This document shows, piece by piece, positions 1 to 14,100 of a stretch of DNA of 64,000 bases (position 1 is the first letter of the stretch; each line of letters opens with the position of its first letter). A program made the position numbers and the translations under genes. Origin of the DNA: Nageia nagi (lineage: Eukaryota > Plantae > Pinophyta); assembly GCA_050084985.1 (NCBI GenBank), contig JBITNC010000001.1:81220001-81284000 (forward strand), given 5' to 3'. The notes under the pieces are model-generated. The model was not told where the DNA came from. It did not search any database and saw nothing but the letters and a program-made list of their open reading frames with translations.

Positions 1-1897
1 TTACAACATGCAAGGCCACTAATGACATTGAGATTAAGGTGGATGAAAAGGGTGTTGTAATTAAATATCATAATGGTAAGAATTGATTTTAAAATATAGA
101 TATATTTACTTTGGAATATAAGAATTTACTAGTGTTATGAAATTCTCTTCAGGGCATTTTTTATGATACTCTCATAAAATGCACTTTCCACTAGATTGAT
201 CCCACCATATATATAGAGTGGAAAAAACAAAGTGAAATAGGTATATATATAATTTATATGATTAATTTTATACTTAATTTTTTTTTATAGATTAATATTG
301 ATAGTATATTTTACATAAATTTTTTAATTCATTTTCTACAAAATTATGAATTTTGCAACAAAATAAAGGGTCATATAGAACTTGAAAAGAGAATTTGGCG
401 ATGCATGGAGCTCAAAATGGGCATTCCAACATATGGTAAAGAATTTGAATTGGAGGAGAGATAAAATAAAGAATAAAAAAAACTTCCTAAAAATCAACAA
501 AAAGGAAGTAGGCCTCTAGATGTTGATAAGAAGGTGTGGAAGAGATTGATGAAGAAGGTGGAGGAGGAAGCATGTAGAGAATCTACTGCTGAACCATCAT
601 GCTTTGAAAAAGTTGTGTATGCTTGATAAATCACATCTTTAATTGCATACAGCCATAAGTCAAGCAAATTGAGAAAAGTACAGATGAAAACAAGATATGT
701 AAGTATTTTATTTCATATTTTATGCATGAATAGTTATATAATTAAATTATATGCATAAAATGTTATTTAAGTAAATATATATTTTTACATTATGATAAAT
801 ATGGTAGGTATGCTATAAAAGATGAAGTAAAATTTGCCTTGAAAAAAATGATTTTCAAGCCTTAATCTTGAAAATAGCTTTCAATACTATAAGTAATATT
901 TAAGTGTTTTTAAATTTATTATATTATTTTAATAATGACTCATAAATTTTTTAGTTTTTCTTATTTACTAATATTTAGTTGATTATTCTTTGCAGGGTGA
1001 GAAGGGTGACCGAGAGGAGGGGTGGCAAATTACAAGCATGGATGAAGATGATGAAGATTACACTATGCATGGTCATGATGGTGAATGACCCATTACTATA
1101 CATTTGTACACTCAACATGGACATTTTTTGTTGACCCATTACCATGCATTTGTACACTCAATGTGGAAATTTTTGGTTGATTGATCCTAATTATACATAT
1201 CTAATTATTAATTTAGTGTGTTATATTTATTTATACATATTCTATTTTAAGTTTTATTCTTTTATGCTTATATTTTTAAATTTTAACATATCTTTTAATG
1301 TATTATTTGAATGTATATATTTATATTATGGTTAATGTATTCAAATGAATGTATTATACGCCACAAAAAAGGAAATAAAAAATAGTAATAATACATAATT
1401 TAATTTTTTTTGAATTACAAATCAAAATTTGATGTTTAAGGAGTCAAAGTATTGACATTTTATGAGTCAAACTATTGACAATTTTTGAGTCAAAATATTG
1501 ACATTTTGTGAGTCAACATATTGACATTTTATGAGTCAACATCTTGATATTTTTTGAGTTAACATATTGACATTTTAGGAGTCACACTGTCGATGTTTTA
1601 TAAGTCAAATTTATGACATGTTTTGAGTCAAATTTATGACACTTTACGAGTCAAATTGATGATGCTTTATGAGTCAAAATGTATGATGTTTTATGAGTCA
1701 AGTATTTGACACTTTTTGAGTCAAATTATTGACATTTGGGTCAATGTAAGTTATAATTTATGTGATGTATTACTTGATGCATTATTTGATAGTACCCTTA
1801 GCATCACATGAGGCATCAAGTCAAGACTAGGAAAAAGGAAAAAATACACTGCATCTTGACACATTGAATGACACAAAATGCTCAAAATGTAGTAGTG
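1..1897 (+). mobile_element. Right end of a CACTA (En/Spm) DNA transposon, decayed and truncated by the window start
   Basis: Ends in ...AAAATGTAGTAGTG at 1897 (reverse complement CACTACTAC...). A subterminal tandem array lies at 1430-1745. Copia integrase-region sequence resumes immediately after 1897. The interior has degenerate exon/intron-like K/E-rich sequence. Confidence 0.75.
1430..1745. repeat. Subterminal tandem array, ~14 copies of a 22-24 bp unit (GAGTCAAAnnnTTGACATTTTnT)
   Basis: Units start at about 1441, 1464, 1487, 1510, 1533, 1556, 1579, 1603, 1626, 1648, 1671, 1695 and 1718. Many contain a GTCAA-N4-TTGAC dyad. Confidence 0.9.
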
Positions 1898-2235
1898 TCA
1901 TGCACCTTTGGATCTTTGGTTCTACCTGTTACATGCATGTACCCAAGGAGAACATGAATAAATTGGATGAAAAATCCATCAAATATATCTTTTTGGGATA
2001 TTTTGATGAGTCCAAAGCTTATTGGTGCTATGATCTAATTTCTTGAAAGTTGCATATCAGTTGAGATGTGATTTTTCAAGAAGAGGGAGCCTACAAGAAT
2101 GATGTAGATGATTCAACTAATCCATTATAGCCTACCCAACCTCTCTAGCCTCAACAATCCAACCCCCCTGCAACTCCAACTCCTTCCAAGAGAAGGGTTT
2201 CTAAAGATCATCAAAAATATCAAATGTTGGACAAA
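1898..2235 (+). mobile_element. Ty1/copia fragment, C-terminal integrase (SH3-like) region
   Basis: Translation HLWIFGSTCYMHVPKE...KLDEKSIKYIFLGY.DESKAYWCYD, followed by a decayed 'SRDVIF.E' motif, is typical copia sequence. Confidence 0.85.
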
Positions 2236-2240
2236 GATTT

Positions 2241-2629
2241 TGTTAGTATCCCATATCCTAACATTTACTTATATTATAGTAGTTCATTAATAAGAATATC
2301 AACTTATATTAAATTTAAGGGGATCAACATATTTGTAATATGAATAGCAATTTTGTATTGAAGGGTTGATTAGGGTTAGGGTAAACAAATAATAAATATG
2401 TGTGGGAATAGAATAGTTAAGATCTAGAAAAATATATTGTTTGAGTTGTAAGGAGGTAGACCCTTTGAAGTAGCCCATGATTGATTTTGGTTATTTAATA
2501 AAGTGATTTTATTACTATCTTATTCAATTTAGATTCATGTTGCTTATGTTATGAGATTGGGATACATTTTGTTATCATTTTACTGCTATTTGGAGAGAAT
2601 CTTATTTAGGAAAATGAAATTTCCTAACA
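2241..2629 (+). repeat. 5' LTR of the chromovirus
   Basis: TGTTAG...CTAACA, colinear with 7662-8048. Confidence 0.92.
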
Positions 2630-5600
2630 TCTAGTATCAAAGCTTCAATTTTAGCACATGTGGGCTGGTTAAGGATTGCGATTGTGTTTCTAATCGAAAT
2701 GCCACAAAAATTTTACCAAACATCAAGGTCACATCGAGTTGGAACCCTAAATTTTGCCCATTTTAAATCAAAACTCTAACAATTTTATTTTAGAATTTTG
2801 ATCAAATTTTTTCACCATAGTCCATGACCCTCATTTGTACCACATCATTCTTGTATCATGCCATCCCATAGGTCCTTCTCTTCCTTATGTATCAACCTTC
2901 ATACTACAAGATGTTGCCATTTCTAAAACAACCATTTTTTCTTATAGAACCCTAAATTTATTTACTGTAAATAGCAACTACTAAATAGGGAGAAAACTTC
3001 AAAGGCCATTATCTTTCAAACCATGAGGAATTAGGTGATCTAACAAAGCTAGTTCATTACCTATGGTAATATTTTTTTTAGAAAAAAAGGTATAAATTTT
3101 CAAAAATCATCATTTTTGGACCTATCCCATTATGATTATTTTTTCATACTAATTGTTTTGATATATATTACCCATACACTTTTTCAATTTTTAAAAATAA
3201 TAGTTTCTAAAAATAGCAATTCCTAAAATAGTAAGGTGGCTGATGGTCAATGATCCTTAGATATGGATAAATTATCATAGTGAATAGAATAGATAGTGGA
3301 ATTAATAGGTGATTTTCACCTCCCCACTACTCTTGATGAACTCAAAAAGTCAATAGAATTCATAGCTTCCTCTTATGGTACTATGGATTGAAAGATTCAA
3401 CTCTTGGAATAAGCAACAACTCATAACACATCATCAACTATAAGTGGATCAAGTCAATCTCAACCATATATTGGTCAAGGTTTCCATAACTTCTAAGGAC
3501 TAAAACAAGCCTTTAATCTTCCACATACAACCAAATTGGACTTTCTAAGATTTGATGGTGATGATCCCACTAGCTAGTTGTATCAGGTTGAGCAATATTT
3601 ATCCTTAAATCAAATACCTAATGCTCAAAAGATAAACCTTGCATATTTTCATCTAGAATTTGATTCCATCTAATGGTATTAATGGTTTGAAAAGAAAAAT
3701 GGAACTACATATTGAGGGGATTTCACTTGTAACCTCCTTTCAATATTTGGTCCTAGTGATTTTGAAGATTTCATTGGTGCCCTCACTAAATTGCACCAAA
3801 TGACTATGGTGATAGAATACCAAACTAAATTTGAAAATCTTGCTAATTGTACTAAAGGATTAGATGAGGGATTCTTTTTTAGTTGTTTGATTAGTGGGAT
3901 AAAGGAAGAAATTCAAGTGGAGGTCAAAATGTTCAATCCTAGCAACATGATAGCAATGATAAGGCTTGCCAAATTGGTAGAGGATAAGTTCAATGCACAA
4001 CATAAAAACACTAATAAAACCACTTGAAAATCAAAAAATTCTCAAAGTGATCACAAGCCATGACACTCCCTACTAGTTAAGAGATTAACTCTTGATGAGA
4101 TGGAGAGTGTAAAAAATAAGGGCTTTGTTATAATTATGATAAAAATTTGCACTAGACCATCATTGTACCTCTCAAAAACTATATGTACTTGATGCAGATG
4201 CCCCTATGGAACCACTAAAAGAGGATTTTGAGTATGCAGTAGAAAATATTGAAGAGGAATTAGACCAATGTGTTGAGGTCATTCCTAAAATTTCTTGTAA
4301 TGCCCTCTATGGGTTTACATCTCCATAGACCATGAAAGTTGAAGGATATTTCAAGGGGTAATTATTGATAATATTGGTTGAATTATGAAGCACTAATAAT
4401 TTTATGGATCCTAAAATGGCTAAAAAGGACCACTCTTATATCTATCCATAGGATAATTTTGAGGTGATGATAAGGAATGGATAAAATTGTTTTTGCAAAG
4501 GATGGTGTCACAATATTAAGCTCAGTAAGGGTGACTACAAGATGCAAAGTGATATGTATGTTCTACCATTAGACAAGTGTAATGTGGTACTTGATATATA
4601 ATGGTTGATGATATTGGGCCCTATTCTTTGTAATTTTTTGTGAGTTATAGATGCAATTCAAAGTTGACAAGAATAAATATACTCTTAAAGGAATTAATTT
4701 GGGGCAATCATAAATTATTAGTTCCCATCGCATGGAGAAACTATTGAAGAAAGAGGTAAGGGAATGGTGGGACAACTATTCTCTATTCAACTACGCCTAC
4801 AAGAGTCACTAGAAGTACATGAATTATAACTTGTACTTTCTTATCATACTAGTTTCTTTAAGGAACCCCTTGGGTTTCCACTCCATCACCCACATAACCA
4901 TGCAATTCAATTAATCCCTGGGAGTCAACCACCCAACATTTGACCTTACTACTACCCCTACCTACAAAAGGATGAAATAGAAAATCTTATGGAAGACATG
5001 TTAAAAGATGGCATCATTCACCCAAGTGTGAGTCCTTACTCTTCTCTAGCTCTATTGGTTCACAAAAAAGATGGGTCATGGCATATGTGCATTGACTTTT
5101 GAGATCTGAACAAAATCACCATCAAGGATAAGTTTCCCATTCTAGTCATTAATGAACTATTAGATGAACTCCATGGTGCCAATTATTTTTCTAAATTAGA
5201 TCTCTAATCTAGGTATCATCAAATATAGCATCATGAAGAAGACATCCCCAATACTACTTTTCACATGCATGAAGGTCATTATGAGTTCCTAGTAATACCT
5301 TTTGATCTTACTAATGCTCCTTTAGCCTTCCAGAGTCTAATGAACCAAGTATTTCACCCTTATCTTCAAAAAATTATTTAGTTTTATTTAATGACATTTT
5401 GATCTACAATAAAACTTGGGAGAATAACTTATCCCAGTTAGATCATACCTTGTAACACCTCCATGAGAATCAATTATATGCCAAGCACTCTAAATGTTCC
5501 TTTGGTCGATAAGAGCTTGAGTACCTTGGACACATTATTTCATAAGAAGTTGTCAAGGTGGGCCCATTGAAGATTGAGGATTTGCAAATTTGGTCTCTAC

Positions 5601-7661
5601 CTAAATCCTTGAAAATATTACAAGGCTTCCTTACATTGATAGGATACTACCATTAGTTTGTGAAAGCTTATGGAAAGATTGCATCCCTCCTCATAACTTT
5701 GTTCAAGAAGAATGCCTTTAATTAGTTAGTAGCTATAGAATAATCCTTTCATCAACTAACGGAAGCCATGTGCTTTAATCTGGCATTGGCCATTCTAGAT
5801 TTCTCTAAGACATTCATCATTAAGAGTGATGCCTATGGGGTTAGAATTGGAGCCATGCTGATGTAATAAGGGAGACCCTTATGACCCTTGGATTTCATAA
5901 GTAAGGCCCTCTCAAGTAGAAACTTAGCTAAATCCACCTATAAAAAAGAAATGCTTACAATCATTCATTTCATTTAGCATTGGAGACCCTACCTCATTGG
6001 TCACCATTTTAACTGACCACCATAGTTTGAAATACTTCTTAGAATAATGCATCTCCACCTTGAAATAGAAAAAGTGGATTCCTAAACTCTTGGGGTACGA
6101 TTATGAGATTGTGTGTAGAAAAGGTAGTGAGAATGTAGTTGTTGATGTTCTTTCTTAAAAATTTGAGGACCCCATGCTACTTCAAGCCCTTTCAATTCTA
6201 GTTCCTTAATGGCTCAACAAGGTTAAATAAGAATGGATCTAGGATAGTTTTACCCACTCAGTGACTCAATAGTTATAGATAGATTCAACAAGCAAACCCC
6301 CTTTTTCCTAGCATGTGGGAATTCTATAATTCAAAGGTCATATTGCATTACCTACAAATCTTCATGTCAAGAGTTGATACTTTAGGATTTGCATGCTACA
6401 CCAAAAGTGAGCCATTCTAGGTTTTCAAAAACCTATCAATGAGCACTTTACTCTTTTTATTGGTTGGCTATGAAACATGGCATCAAGAAGTTTGTATCCA
6501 AATACAATATGTATCAAGGATAGAAAGGTGAGATAGTAGGAACCCTCAAATTGCTTCAACCTTTACCCATACTATAGTTAACTTGGATATATATTTTAAT
6601 GGATTTTATTGATGATCTCCCAAAATTATATGGGAAAGTTGTTATCATGGTATTAGTGGATTGACTCTCCAAGTATACGTACCTCTACCTATTGGCACAC
6701 CCATACATGGCTGTCAATATTTCCCAACACTTTCTTGATAAAATTTTCAAACTCCATGGCATGCCTTCAACCATTATTAGTGATTGTGATTTAACATTCA
6801 CCAGTAAATTATGGTAGGAAGTTTTCAAACTCCAAGGCACTAAACTCAATATGAGCTCCATTTATCACCCCCAAAAAAATGGTTAGATAGATATTGTTAA
6901 TAAATGCTTGGAAACATATCTCTATTATTTTGCTTTAGCCTAACCAGTGTATTGGGTAAAATGGCTCCCCTTAGTAGAATGGTGGTACAATACTTCATAT
7001 CATACTTCTTTTAGGATGATCCCATATGAAGCTTTGTATGGTTAAACCCCACCCATATTCATCTCTTATATTTTGGGTAGCATGAATGTCCAAGAAGTAA
7101 ATACCACCTTGAATAATCAAGAAGACATAATTTACACTTTTTGAGAAAATATTCAAGTGGATAAACACCAAATGAAACAACAAGTTGATCAATAATGATT
7201 TAAAAGGCAATTCTAAGAAGGAGACATGGTTTTCTTATAGCTCCAATCATACTGAAAAACATCTCTCAAATTAAAAGGTTCCTGAAAATTGGATCAAAAT
7301 TTTATGGATCTTATAAAATACTCCAATGTATTGGCCTTATAGCATACAAGTTGGCACTCTTGGCATCATCTACGATTCATTTTGTTTTTCATATCTCTTG
7401 CCTTAAGAAAGTCATAGGCTCTTAGGCTATAGTTTATACTAAACTACCTAAATTCACTAAGGAGGGATCCATCATGGTTAAACTTGAGGTCATTCTAGAC
7501 CAATACACATGCCAACTTTGCAACTACACTATTACTAAAGTTCTTATCCAATAGCATGGCTTAAATCCTAAGGATGCAACTTGGGAGACACTCCATCAGC
7601 TTCAACAATAATTATCAAATTTTTCATCTTTAAGGATAAAGCTCTCTTAAGAGGGGTGACA

Positions 7662-8048
7662 TGTTAGGATCCCATATCCTATCATTTAATTAGATTATAA
7701 TAGTTCATTAATTATAATATCAACTTATATTAAATATAAGGGGATCGAAATATTTGTAAGGAAAATCATCATTTTGTATTGAATGGTCGATTAGGGTTAG
7801 GGTAGGCAGACTATAAATGTGTGGGAATAGAATAGTTAGGATGTAGAAAAATATATTGTTTTATTTGTAAGGAGGTATCCTTCTTGAAGTGGCCTATGAT
7901 TCATTTTGGTTATTCATTAAAGTAATTTTGTTACTATCTTGTTCTATTTAGATTCATGTTGCTTGTGTTTTGATATTGGGATACATTATGTTATCATTTT
8001 ATTGCTATTTGATGCAAATCTCATTTAGGAACTTGTAGGTTCCTAATA
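7662..8048 (+). repeat. 3' LTR of the chromovirus
   Basis: TGTTAG...CTAATA (CA decayed to TA), preceded by the PPT and followed by the TSD GATTT. Confidence 0.92.
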
Positions 8049-8053
8049 GATTT

Positions 8054-9670
8054 TAGTAGAAGACTATCCTAAAAATAGGAAAGGGGGTTGATAAAAATAC
8101 CTATTATACCTTTATTTCCTCTTCTCTTATTGAGCCTTCCAACTTTAAAGAAGCTTATGCAAATGAAGATTGGAAGAAGGATATGAATGATGAAATTGAG
8201 TAGATCTAGAAGAATGACTCTTAGGAGTTGTTACTTCTTCAAAGAATCAAAATATTATTAGATTCAAGTGGATATATAAGCTCAAGAATAATGCTTATGG
8301 TAGAATTACTAAATATAAGGCCCAACTGGTGGCTAAGGGCTATGTTTAGAAGGAAGGTTTTAATTATGAAGATACTTTTGCAATAGTTTCCAAACTTAAG
8401 ATAGTTCATTCTCTTCTTGCTCTTGCATCCCATATTGGTCTTATTTTGTACCAAATATATGTTAAGTTTGCCTTCCTTAATGTATATTTTAAGGAAAAAG
8501 TGTATATGAATCAACCCTAAGGTTTCACAGTTATTGGATACAAAGATAAAGTGTACCAATTGAAGAAAGCTCTCTATGGGCTCAAGCAAGCATCGAGAGC
8601 TTGCTACTCCTAGATTGATACCTACTTTAATTATAATGGTTATAAAAGGTGCTCCATGGAAGCTACCCTATACACTAAGGTATCCAACCATGAATTCATC
8701 ATCATCTATTTGTATGTTGATGATATTATCTTCATAAGCACTTCCTCTTCCATGCTACATACATTCAAAACTACCATGATTAAGGAGTTTGAGATGAGTG
8801 ATTTTGGTGATATGTAATACTTTATTGGTATGCAAGTTCAATATTAATCCTTAAACATCTTTATCATTCAATCCAATTTTATTGATGACATGCTTTCTAG
8901 GTTTTCTATGAAGGATTACAAACCTATTGACACTCTAGTTGTGCTTGGCACCAAACTCATGAAGGAGGATTCTACACCCCTTATAGATGCCATATAGTAT
9001 TGGTAACATGTTGGTAGTTTGATGTATCTTACAACTACGCATATGTTTATCATGTATTAACTTAGCCTTATAGCTATATTCATGCAGTCTCCACATTAAT
9101 TTCATTAGAAATTTGGCAAGAGGATCATTTGATATGTTAGTGGTACTAAATCCTTTGGTATATGCTATAAATCCTTTGATGCTAATATCCTTGAGGCCTA
9201 CATTGATGTTTATTGGTTTGAAAGCCTTGATGATAGGAAAAACACCTCTGGTTATGCTTTCTTCATTTGTGGCTCACTTGTCTCATGAAGCAACAAGAAG
9301 CTATAAACTGTTGCTCTTTCCACTGCTAAAGTAGAATACATGACTACCTCCTCTCCTTGCATGCAAGCCATTTGGATGATTTAGTTGTTTAAATACTTGG
9401 GTTTGGTCCCCTACCTACCTATTCCTATTTATTATGACAACACCAACACCATTGTTATGACCAAGAACTTAATGTTTCATAGCAAAACCAAGCATATAGA
9501 CATCCAACATCATTTTATGTGAGACCTGGTGACTAATGGATTCATTGAATTCACATTTTGTAAGTATGAATATCAACTTGCATATATTTTCACTAAGGAT
9601 CTACCTACAAATAGATTCCTTAGTCTCCATATTCAGCTTGGAATTCAACCTATTCATATTAAGAGGGGAA
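8054..9670 (+). mobile_element. Ty1/copia RT-RNase H pseudogene, continuation of 1898-2235
   Basis: Motifs EPSNFKEA, KWIYKLK, YKAQLVAKGY, LKKALYGLKQASRA, LYVDDII (8710), KTKHIDIQHHF and QLAYIFTK. A PPT (AAGAGGGGAA) lies at 9661-9670. Confidence 0.92.
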
Positions 9671-11151
9671 TGAAGGAAGTTAATATATCATGTTTGAATT
9701 CCTTTCGATGATTTTCCTTTTGGTGGATCATTCCCTCCAAAAGATACTCACCATACTTCACCTACCACATTTATTATGTTGCAAGAATATAGTTGAACAC
9801 CAAACACTCAAAGATTTTATCCTTACACTATATTAGATCTAATTTTGTACTCCTTTATGGATGGCCATACCTTTCTTTGAATTTGTGGGTGCTTCATTTA
9901 TATTTTGTTGACTTTTCTAAGAGGATATGCAATCTATCAATGCTTATGGAGTCTAATACACTCCACTTTCTTCTTTTATAAATAGAAAATTCATTTCCCA
10001 TTGTAAAAAAGAGAATTCCAATTGATGTAATATTATGCTACCATATTTCTAGCTAGAATATATAGCATTCATATTTTATCTACAATACCTTCTGGTTGTG
10101 TGGCATGTTTTCTCTTTTCAAAGCTTATATGCATGATAAACACGTGTAGATATTCATAAAAATATTTTGTATCTAATACAAGGTAATATTTTTTTATTTA
10201 TGGTCATTTTACTTCATGGGTACTTTTTTGTATTTCCATATTTGAGCAAAATAGTTTTGATATTTTTTGATTGTATCAAACTACCTTATTTTGGATAGTT
10301 TTCTTTTAGGGGTTAGATATTTCTATCTAGATATCCATTTTGTATGATTTCTTCTTGGTTGGATAGATGATTTTAATACCTTTCCAACCATATATATCAT
10401 ACTATCATTGTTGTAAGAACACACTTATAAATCCTAAAATACAAAACCTATCTTTTTTGTAGTCTTGCTCAGTGAACTCTTGAAGTCTTTTTACCTCAAG
10501 CTCATTTTTGAACCCTCTCTATTTCTCTAAATTAATATGAACCTTAACCTTTAGATATATATATTTTTTATTATCAATTTTATGGGTCATATTGCTAGGT
10601 TTGGTTAAGAAATGTATAAGTTATGGGCTCCAAAGTTTTTCCTACCCTTGTTGATATCATTGCATTTCCAACTGCATATTTCATGCTCTTGTTTCTTCTC
10701 CATACTCTAGATCTTCTTATTTATGTCAACATCCTTTAGACTATGGATTTCCCTCTATTGATTTTGTCAAAGATCTAATAGATCCTATAAATCCAATAAT
10801 TGTTGGAACCCTGATACTTCCAAATTACACTAAGTTTCTAACTTCTCCAAAATTCTATCTTTGACACTTTCAATTTTCTCTAGTATTTGATTTTGTTAGA
10901 GTCCTAAAAATATGTAACTGATCAAAAACTACCAAAACCCTAACATTTTCATTTTACACTTTTTGAAAAATCTATCTTCTATTTGAACTCTTTAGTGCTT
11001 GAGTTTTCTAGAGTTCAATCCTATCCCATCAAAATCTCTCAAAACTTTGGTCATTTTTATGGTATCAAAGCTTGGATCCTTAAGCCTATAAAAACTTCAT
11101 TTGGTATAAAAGCTCTTATCTTGAGCCTATTTTATCTAAAATTCTTCAACA
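9671..11151 (+). repeat. Probable 3' LTR of the copia element (right boundary uncertain)
   Basis: Starts with TG directly after the PPT. It is non-coding and ends ...TTCTTCAACA exactly where the minus-strand RNase H frame is interrupted. An alternative end is CTTCA at 11099. No partner LTR lies in the window. Confidence 0.45.
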
Positions 11152-14100
11152 TCAGTATACCTATTATTGTCTCTTATAATACTATCAATTTCATACTCAT
11201 TGAAGTATATGAGAAGACTTATTTCTTTATATGGTTGCAACTTAGCATCCTTTGTGTTGAAGATGTTGGCAACTTGTTTCACAATTAGTTGAGAATCACT
11301 AAATATTTTTATCCTTTTTACCTTTAGGAGTATTGAATCCTTCAAACCTAATATACCAACTTCATATTCTACCATGTTATTAGTGCAATCAAAACTTAAA
11401 TGATAAGACATAGGAATAACATCACTATGAGGATTGATTAAGACAATTCCTAACTCTTCTCTATGAATGCACTTAGAACCATGAAAGAACAATTTCCATT
11501 CATCATTTTTCATAAAACCAAAAAACAATTAAAGATATTTAGACTTTTTAATGGAGAAATAGTGCTATATTGGAGCAACAAACTGTTTGGCCATCCACTT
11601 CATATAGGAATTCCTCTTAAGACTTTGATATTTTGTTTCTTAGGTGATTTATGATGAAATTTGCTATATACTATGCCTTAATTAATTAGTTAGTAACAAA
11701 TACCAAATCAAAATATTGAAGAAACATTAACTATTTTGTAGCTCTTCTAGATAGATAGGATTTTGATATGAGATATCTGAGAGGATCAGCCTGAGCTATG
11801 ACATATGTTGTATTTCCAAGCATGTAATGTCTTAACTTTTTAGTTAAGAATATAATTGAAAAATACATATTTTCTATTGGAGTGTACCTTTTCTCATAAT
11901 CAAGTAAAGTTTTATTCATATAATAAATTACACTTTCTTTGTTGTTATAATCTTTTTGAGCTAGAATTACCCTTAGTGCACTTAATGTTGTTGAATAATA
12001 AAGTAATAAACTCTTAAATGAATCATAAGGGGACAAAATTGGAGCATTAGTGAGATACCTTTTTATATTATTCAAATCCTTTTAACACTTTTTGTCCCAA
12101 ATGAATTTTTCATCTTTCTTTAGCAAATGAGAAAATGGAGAAGTCATATCTACTAGTTGAGAAATGAACCTTCTTACAACTTAAACCTTACCTTTAAAGC
12201 TCCTCAAATACTTCAAATTCTTAGGAGGTGGTCAGTCAAAAATGGCTGAAACTTCCTTAGGATATATCTCAATACCTCTTCTTGAAATAATGAAACCAAG
12301 CAATTTACTTAATGAAACTGTAAATGCACACTTGAGGAATCAATTTTAACTTGTATTCTCTTATTCTTTGAAATATATTTCTCAATTTTGTAAGGATATT
12401 ATCAACATACACCTCAACATTGTCATGGATCATATTAGGAAACATACTCACCATTTCTCTTTGATAAGTTGCACCTACATTCTTTAAACCAAAATACATG
12501 AACACCCAACAAAATATGCCCCAAGGAGTAATAAAAGTTATCTTATGTTGATCCTCCTTGTTGATCTTTATTTTATTGTATCCATAGAAATAATCCATGA
12601 AATATAAAATTTCATGACCTATTGTTGAATCTACAATCATATCAATGTTAGGTAAAGGAAAAGCATCTTTAGTACATGCCTTATTAATATCCCTAAAATA
12701 TGTATAACATCTTATTTCACAATTAGGCTTAGCTATATGAACAATGTTAGAAATCCATGGATAATAATAAATATGAAAAATAAAACTAACAACCAAATAT
12801 TTTTCAATTTCCTTTTTAATTGCAAGAGCTACTATAGGATGCATTTTTATAGGTTTTTATTAGACACGATTAACATTTTCATTGATAACTAGATTGTGAG
12901 TGATAAAATTGAGACCAAGACTAGCCATATCAAAATAAGACCAAGAAAAGAAATTAGAAGATTATTTTAATGATAGGTGGTACCTTTCCCTTTCTTTCAA
13001 GGTTAACTAAGCTCATATTTTGATTAACTTTGGATCCTCTTAGATATGGATATTTACCTCTATTATTTCCTCACTAAGACATGATATTTCATCATTGATT
13101 TGGGAAGGCATAAGTAATACCCCTAGTCCTACATCCAAACTTAGTTGTAAGACATATAAAAATGAAGTGATGGTGTTGGGATCCTAACTAAATCACTCCA
13201 TTAAGGAAGGGAAAGAATGAATTTTTAAAGATTGAATACTTAGAATTAGTATTGACTTGATAAAAAATCAATGAAAGTAAGGAAAAAGAGCAAGAAACTA
13301 ACCTATAATATCTATATCATTCATGCTAATCTCCTCACCAAAATAATCTTGATATCACATTGACCAAGCTATAAGCCTCTTTTTATAGGATTTGGAGAAC
13401 TCACTCATTACCCCTAACTTCTCAAGGATAACATCATCATTTTAAAAAATATCCACTTGAACAAAAGTAGCAGGTTTTAAGAATGGAATGAAATAGTAAT
13501 CTTGCAAAGCTTCCATGGGACCATGCATCATACCATAGTGCAATCACACATCAAAAATATATCTAGTGCTATCTTGATTAGTGGTATCAATATGTTGGAT
13601 GGTTGGAGTTGATGACAGTGTGTTAGGTACAAACTCATCAAATCTAATACTAGTGGTTCTCTTATGCTAACCTTTGTTTGGAGTAGGCTCTATGATACCC
13701 TTCTCATTTTTACCCAGTTCTTTTCCACCATATTGATATTTTTACATGTATTGGATAGAGAAAGTAGAATCAATATTATTTAAGAGCATACTTACTTGAA
13801 CTAATGAAATTTGTGAGATAAGAGTAGTATCTTTATTTTCTGATTGAATTTTTTCTTGTTGCTCTCAATGCAACATGATCATGTCTACAATAGGATCCTC
13901 TCCCTTATTAAGAATGGAATGATGGTGCTAAGTTTCATCCTCATCTGGGTGGAAACATTGGGTTTTAGGAGTAGAAAGGGGTCATACAAGATCTCTAAAG
14001 TTTTTCTAGATGTCAATCTATGGAATTTTGTATGTACCTAGACTTACCTTTTGCAAACTAATTTTAGTAACATGAGTTGGTGTGTACTTCTCATTTTACA

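Larger units (their letters stand above)
2241..8048 (+). mobile_element. Full-length decayed Ty3/gypsy chromovirus (Reina-like), 5.8 kb
   Basis: LTRs at 2241-2629 and 7662-8048, TSD GATTT at 2236-2240 and 8049-8053. A degenerate tRNA-iMet PBS (TAGTATCAAAGC) lies at ~2632 and a PPT at ~7649-7660. Domain order is gag, PR (~4370), RT (FNDILIY ~5390), RH, INT, chromodomain (KVLIQ*HGL...DATWE ~7540-7590). There are many stops and frameshifts. Confidence 0.92.

Noticed and set aside
1430-1745. CRISPR-like regularly spaced repeats
   Set aside because: The units are contiguous and degenerate with no unique spacers and no cas genes. The context is eukaryotic and next to a CACTA terminus.
8239-8589. 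116-aa minus-strand ORF
   Set aside because: It is antisense to the copia reverse transcriptase.
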